A stretch of 63,714 nucleotides of DNA, filler included, from Nemertoderma westbladi (lineage: Eukaryota; Animalia; Xenacoelomorpha): NCBI GenBank assembly GCA_032718475.1. It is 3 parts of 3 records of this genome, joined end to end, with 100 filler letters (N's around TTAATTAATTAA, not from the genome) between each part and the next. Parts side by side here need not be neighbours in the genome. Positions count along the whole stretch, not along the records: positions 58,402 to 63,714 come from JAUCBJ010004609.1; 2 more parts are not named here. One strand, given 5' to 3'. Numbering within the stretch: the first letter of the stretch is position 1; each line of letters begins with the position of its first letter. Made by a program: the position numbers and the translations under genes. Positions 61,601-63,714 of this stretch are shown in pieces. The notes below the pieces were generated by a model that had not been told where the DNA came from, did not search any database, and worked only from the letters and a program-made list of their open reading frames with translations.

Positions 61601-63360
61601 ATGCGATTCAGCGAATGCAGAATGCCACCCCATCCCACAGTCCCATACTGCCATAAAAGCATAAGGCAAACCATAACCCAGTAACCCGATAACCACCTGA
61701 CTGCCTCTGTGACCACACACCAGCTGACCAGAGCCAGAGCTGCAGAGACCACCCACTGACGCTGACCCAGCCACCTGGCTGCCTGGACCACTGCTGCACC
61801 GTACATGTACAGTTATCAGCAGCCAGGCAGCAACGTACATACTACATACGTCAGGACTGCAGGATGTAGGTTAGGGCTCGATCGGAGCTCCGGCCTCCGG
61901 CTCCGGCTCCGGCCATTTTGGCACCTCCGGCTCCTGCTCCGGCTCCGGTAAAAATATTGCCGGAGTTAATTTTTTAATAAAGTATTATATTTCGTGCATA
62001 TTCTAATCTGAACAATTATTTACACTATAAGTACTGTAGCAGTGTAGTACAGCTTCAATATCAAGCATAATAGGCCTACTGCAGTATTTACTTAAAGTCA
62101 ATGACTGACTGACTCTACTGCAGTACCGGTACTGGTACAGGCCAGCTGGCTGACTAGCAGACTGTTACAGATAGGCCCTACTGTAAAAAATTGTAAATGC
62201 TATGATTGTACACTGTACCACTGCAGCCATTTACTGCTGTCATGCCAGCCAGCCAGCATACTGCATGTACTGTACTGCAGTACTGGTACACGTACGGCAG
62301 GTGGCAGGCTACCTACAGTACACACCTCTACCACAGTTCGCAGTTAGCAGTTAGTGAGTTAGGTACTGTAGGTAATTTTTAGCCGTCAGGCCGTCTGTCC
62401 GTGATAAATTAATTACTTAAATTTTAAATTGAAAATTCATAAATCTATAAATTATGAAATTAATTATACCTACAGTATGATTGATTATGAGCGATTGGCG
62501 AACGATAACCATACTTTATTTTTTTTTAAATAAATAATTAAATTTTTAAAATTTTTGAAAAACTCCGGCTCCTGCTCCGGCTCCGGCCAAATTGTCCAAC
62601 TCCGGCTCCTGCTCCGGCTCCGGCCAAATCCCAACTCCGATCGAGCCCTAATGTAGGTCTGTAGTCAGGTAGTTGAGTTACCGGTCAGCCGGCAGCCGGT
62701 ACCGGACAGCCGGACAGCCGGACCATCTGACTGCTAACTTGCATCAGTCAGCTTGTCAGTAGTGAAGTGACAAGACAACTGGCACTGGACTGGACTGGAA
62801 CTCATCAGCTGACAATGCAAGTTGACTTGTTCAGTTGTTTTGAGTGTACAAATGAAATTAAAAGGCAAATTAAAGATGAAAAATCAAAAACCTAAAAACC
62901 TAGTTTTAGGCTTTTTTCAAATTTTAGGTTTTTGACAAAAACCTACAAAAACCTAGGTTTACAAAAACCTACTTTGCCAGCCCTGATTCAAGGTATTGCG
63001 ATTGGCGATTGACTATACCTGTATACAGCTATAAGCAGATAACTGGATAAGCCTGTCCAGCCACCAGCTGTCAGCCTGTACCGTAGGCCTACGCAGGTAC
63101 CGGTAAGCAGGTACCTAACTGGTAAGCATAGAAGGATGGGTCTGGGTCCTTCCTTTCCTCTTCCTTACCTTGGGGACGTTCTCGTCCTGCTCAGCGTTTT
63201 TGGAGCGCAACGGCGACATGTTCCACACGATGATGCATCCGGCAGTCCCACCCTGCCCGGCTGTCGCCACTCGGGAACCGTCTGGGTGGATGTCCACTGA
63301 GAATATCGCAGCTCCAGTAGCGCCATCATGGCCAACCCACGATGGTTTAATAATCTTCAT
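58670..63360 (-). CDS. HIRA: Histone chaperone HIRA, 5' partial: exon 1 63360-63169, exon 2 58997-58670
   Basis: MKIIKPSWVGHDG..IFSVDIHPDGSRVATAGQG..IVWNMSP..EQDENVPK|VLCEMESNGCVNCVRWSHDGRSLASCGDDKLV..EHWKCIQHLRGHSGDVIDVAW..ASCSVDNSVIVWNALKFPE matches the HIRA N-terminal WD40 repeats; canonical GT-AG sites. Confidence 0.93.
59060..59720. mobile_element. Degenerate foldback/MITE in HIRA intron 1
   Basis: TTAGTTGGTG..CTTCAAAAC..ATAGTTTTT.AGATATT..AGAAAATGT..CCGGCAC mirrored around ~59390. Confidence 0.6.
60392..61543. mobile_element. IS3EU-like foldback element with internal AAAGTG(T/C) minisatellite arms
   Basis: TIR TACGGTGGCCCAGAACGGCCAAG; 6-bp TSD ATTACA (60386-60391, 61544-61549); inverted ~22-bp repeat arms at 60430-60705 and 61015-61510. 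TAYGG ends with a 6-bp TSD fit IS3EU. Confidence 0.78.
61872..62650. mobile_element. hAT-like MITE
   Basis: TIR TAGGGCTCGATCGGAG, 8-bp TSD ATGTAGGT (61864-61871, 62651-62658), subterminal CTCCGG repeats. Confidence 0.85.
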
Positions 63361-63714
63361 ACCATTACCGTACAGCCGTACCGGTAGCTGACAGGCAGTC
63401 AGGCTGATTAGGCCTAGCCTACCTTCTGACCTTACCCTGTTATCTGGTTATAGTCAGATAGTGTTACAGTGTTACCTTACCAGTTTCTGATTCTGCCAGA
63501 GCCAGTACTGCAGTACAGCAGTAGAAATCAGAAATGTGCAAGCTCTGACATCTGAAGTTGACGATTATGAACTTGAACTACTGTACTGAACTATGGCAAT
63601 TGCAAATTTAATACCGTAAACTTGGCAACTGGGGTGACTTGATACATTTTTTTAATGTTTTTGTACATAACTTGAAAAGTAAATTAGCGATGGAGGGAAG
63701 ATTTAATGTAATGT

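Overview
Repeat-rich animal genomic DNA (spliceosomal introns; probably an invertebrate, inferred), assembled from three contigs joined by two artificial N/TTAATTAATTAA linkers. Recognisable host genes are intronless PRPF38A, a complete 3-exon ACBD5/ACBD4-type gene, an intronless 13-finger C2H2 zinc-finger gene and the first two exons of HIRA. Two decayed multi-exon genes lie on the minus strand. One is a Cys-loop (pentameric ligand-gated) receptor subunit with an unusual Cys-rich plus Pro/Thr-stalk N-terminal extension. The other is a Crypton-like tyrosine-recombinase gene (Zn-finger-like N-terminus, YR core, Myb/SANT-like C-terminus). About a third of the window is tandem arrays with nine unrelated units (21-147 bp). 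Several of these units are demonstrably short pieces of the local unique sequence (coding exons, a LINE 3' end) amplified in place. The rest is non-LTR retrotransposon fragments, MITEs (Kolobok-, hAT-, Tc1-, MULE- and IS3EU-like), a head-to-tail trimer of a Helitron/HINE-like element, and a SINE-like insertion with a degenerate hammerhead-ribozyme core between Pol III A/B boxes. All calls were made by eye; no searches were run.
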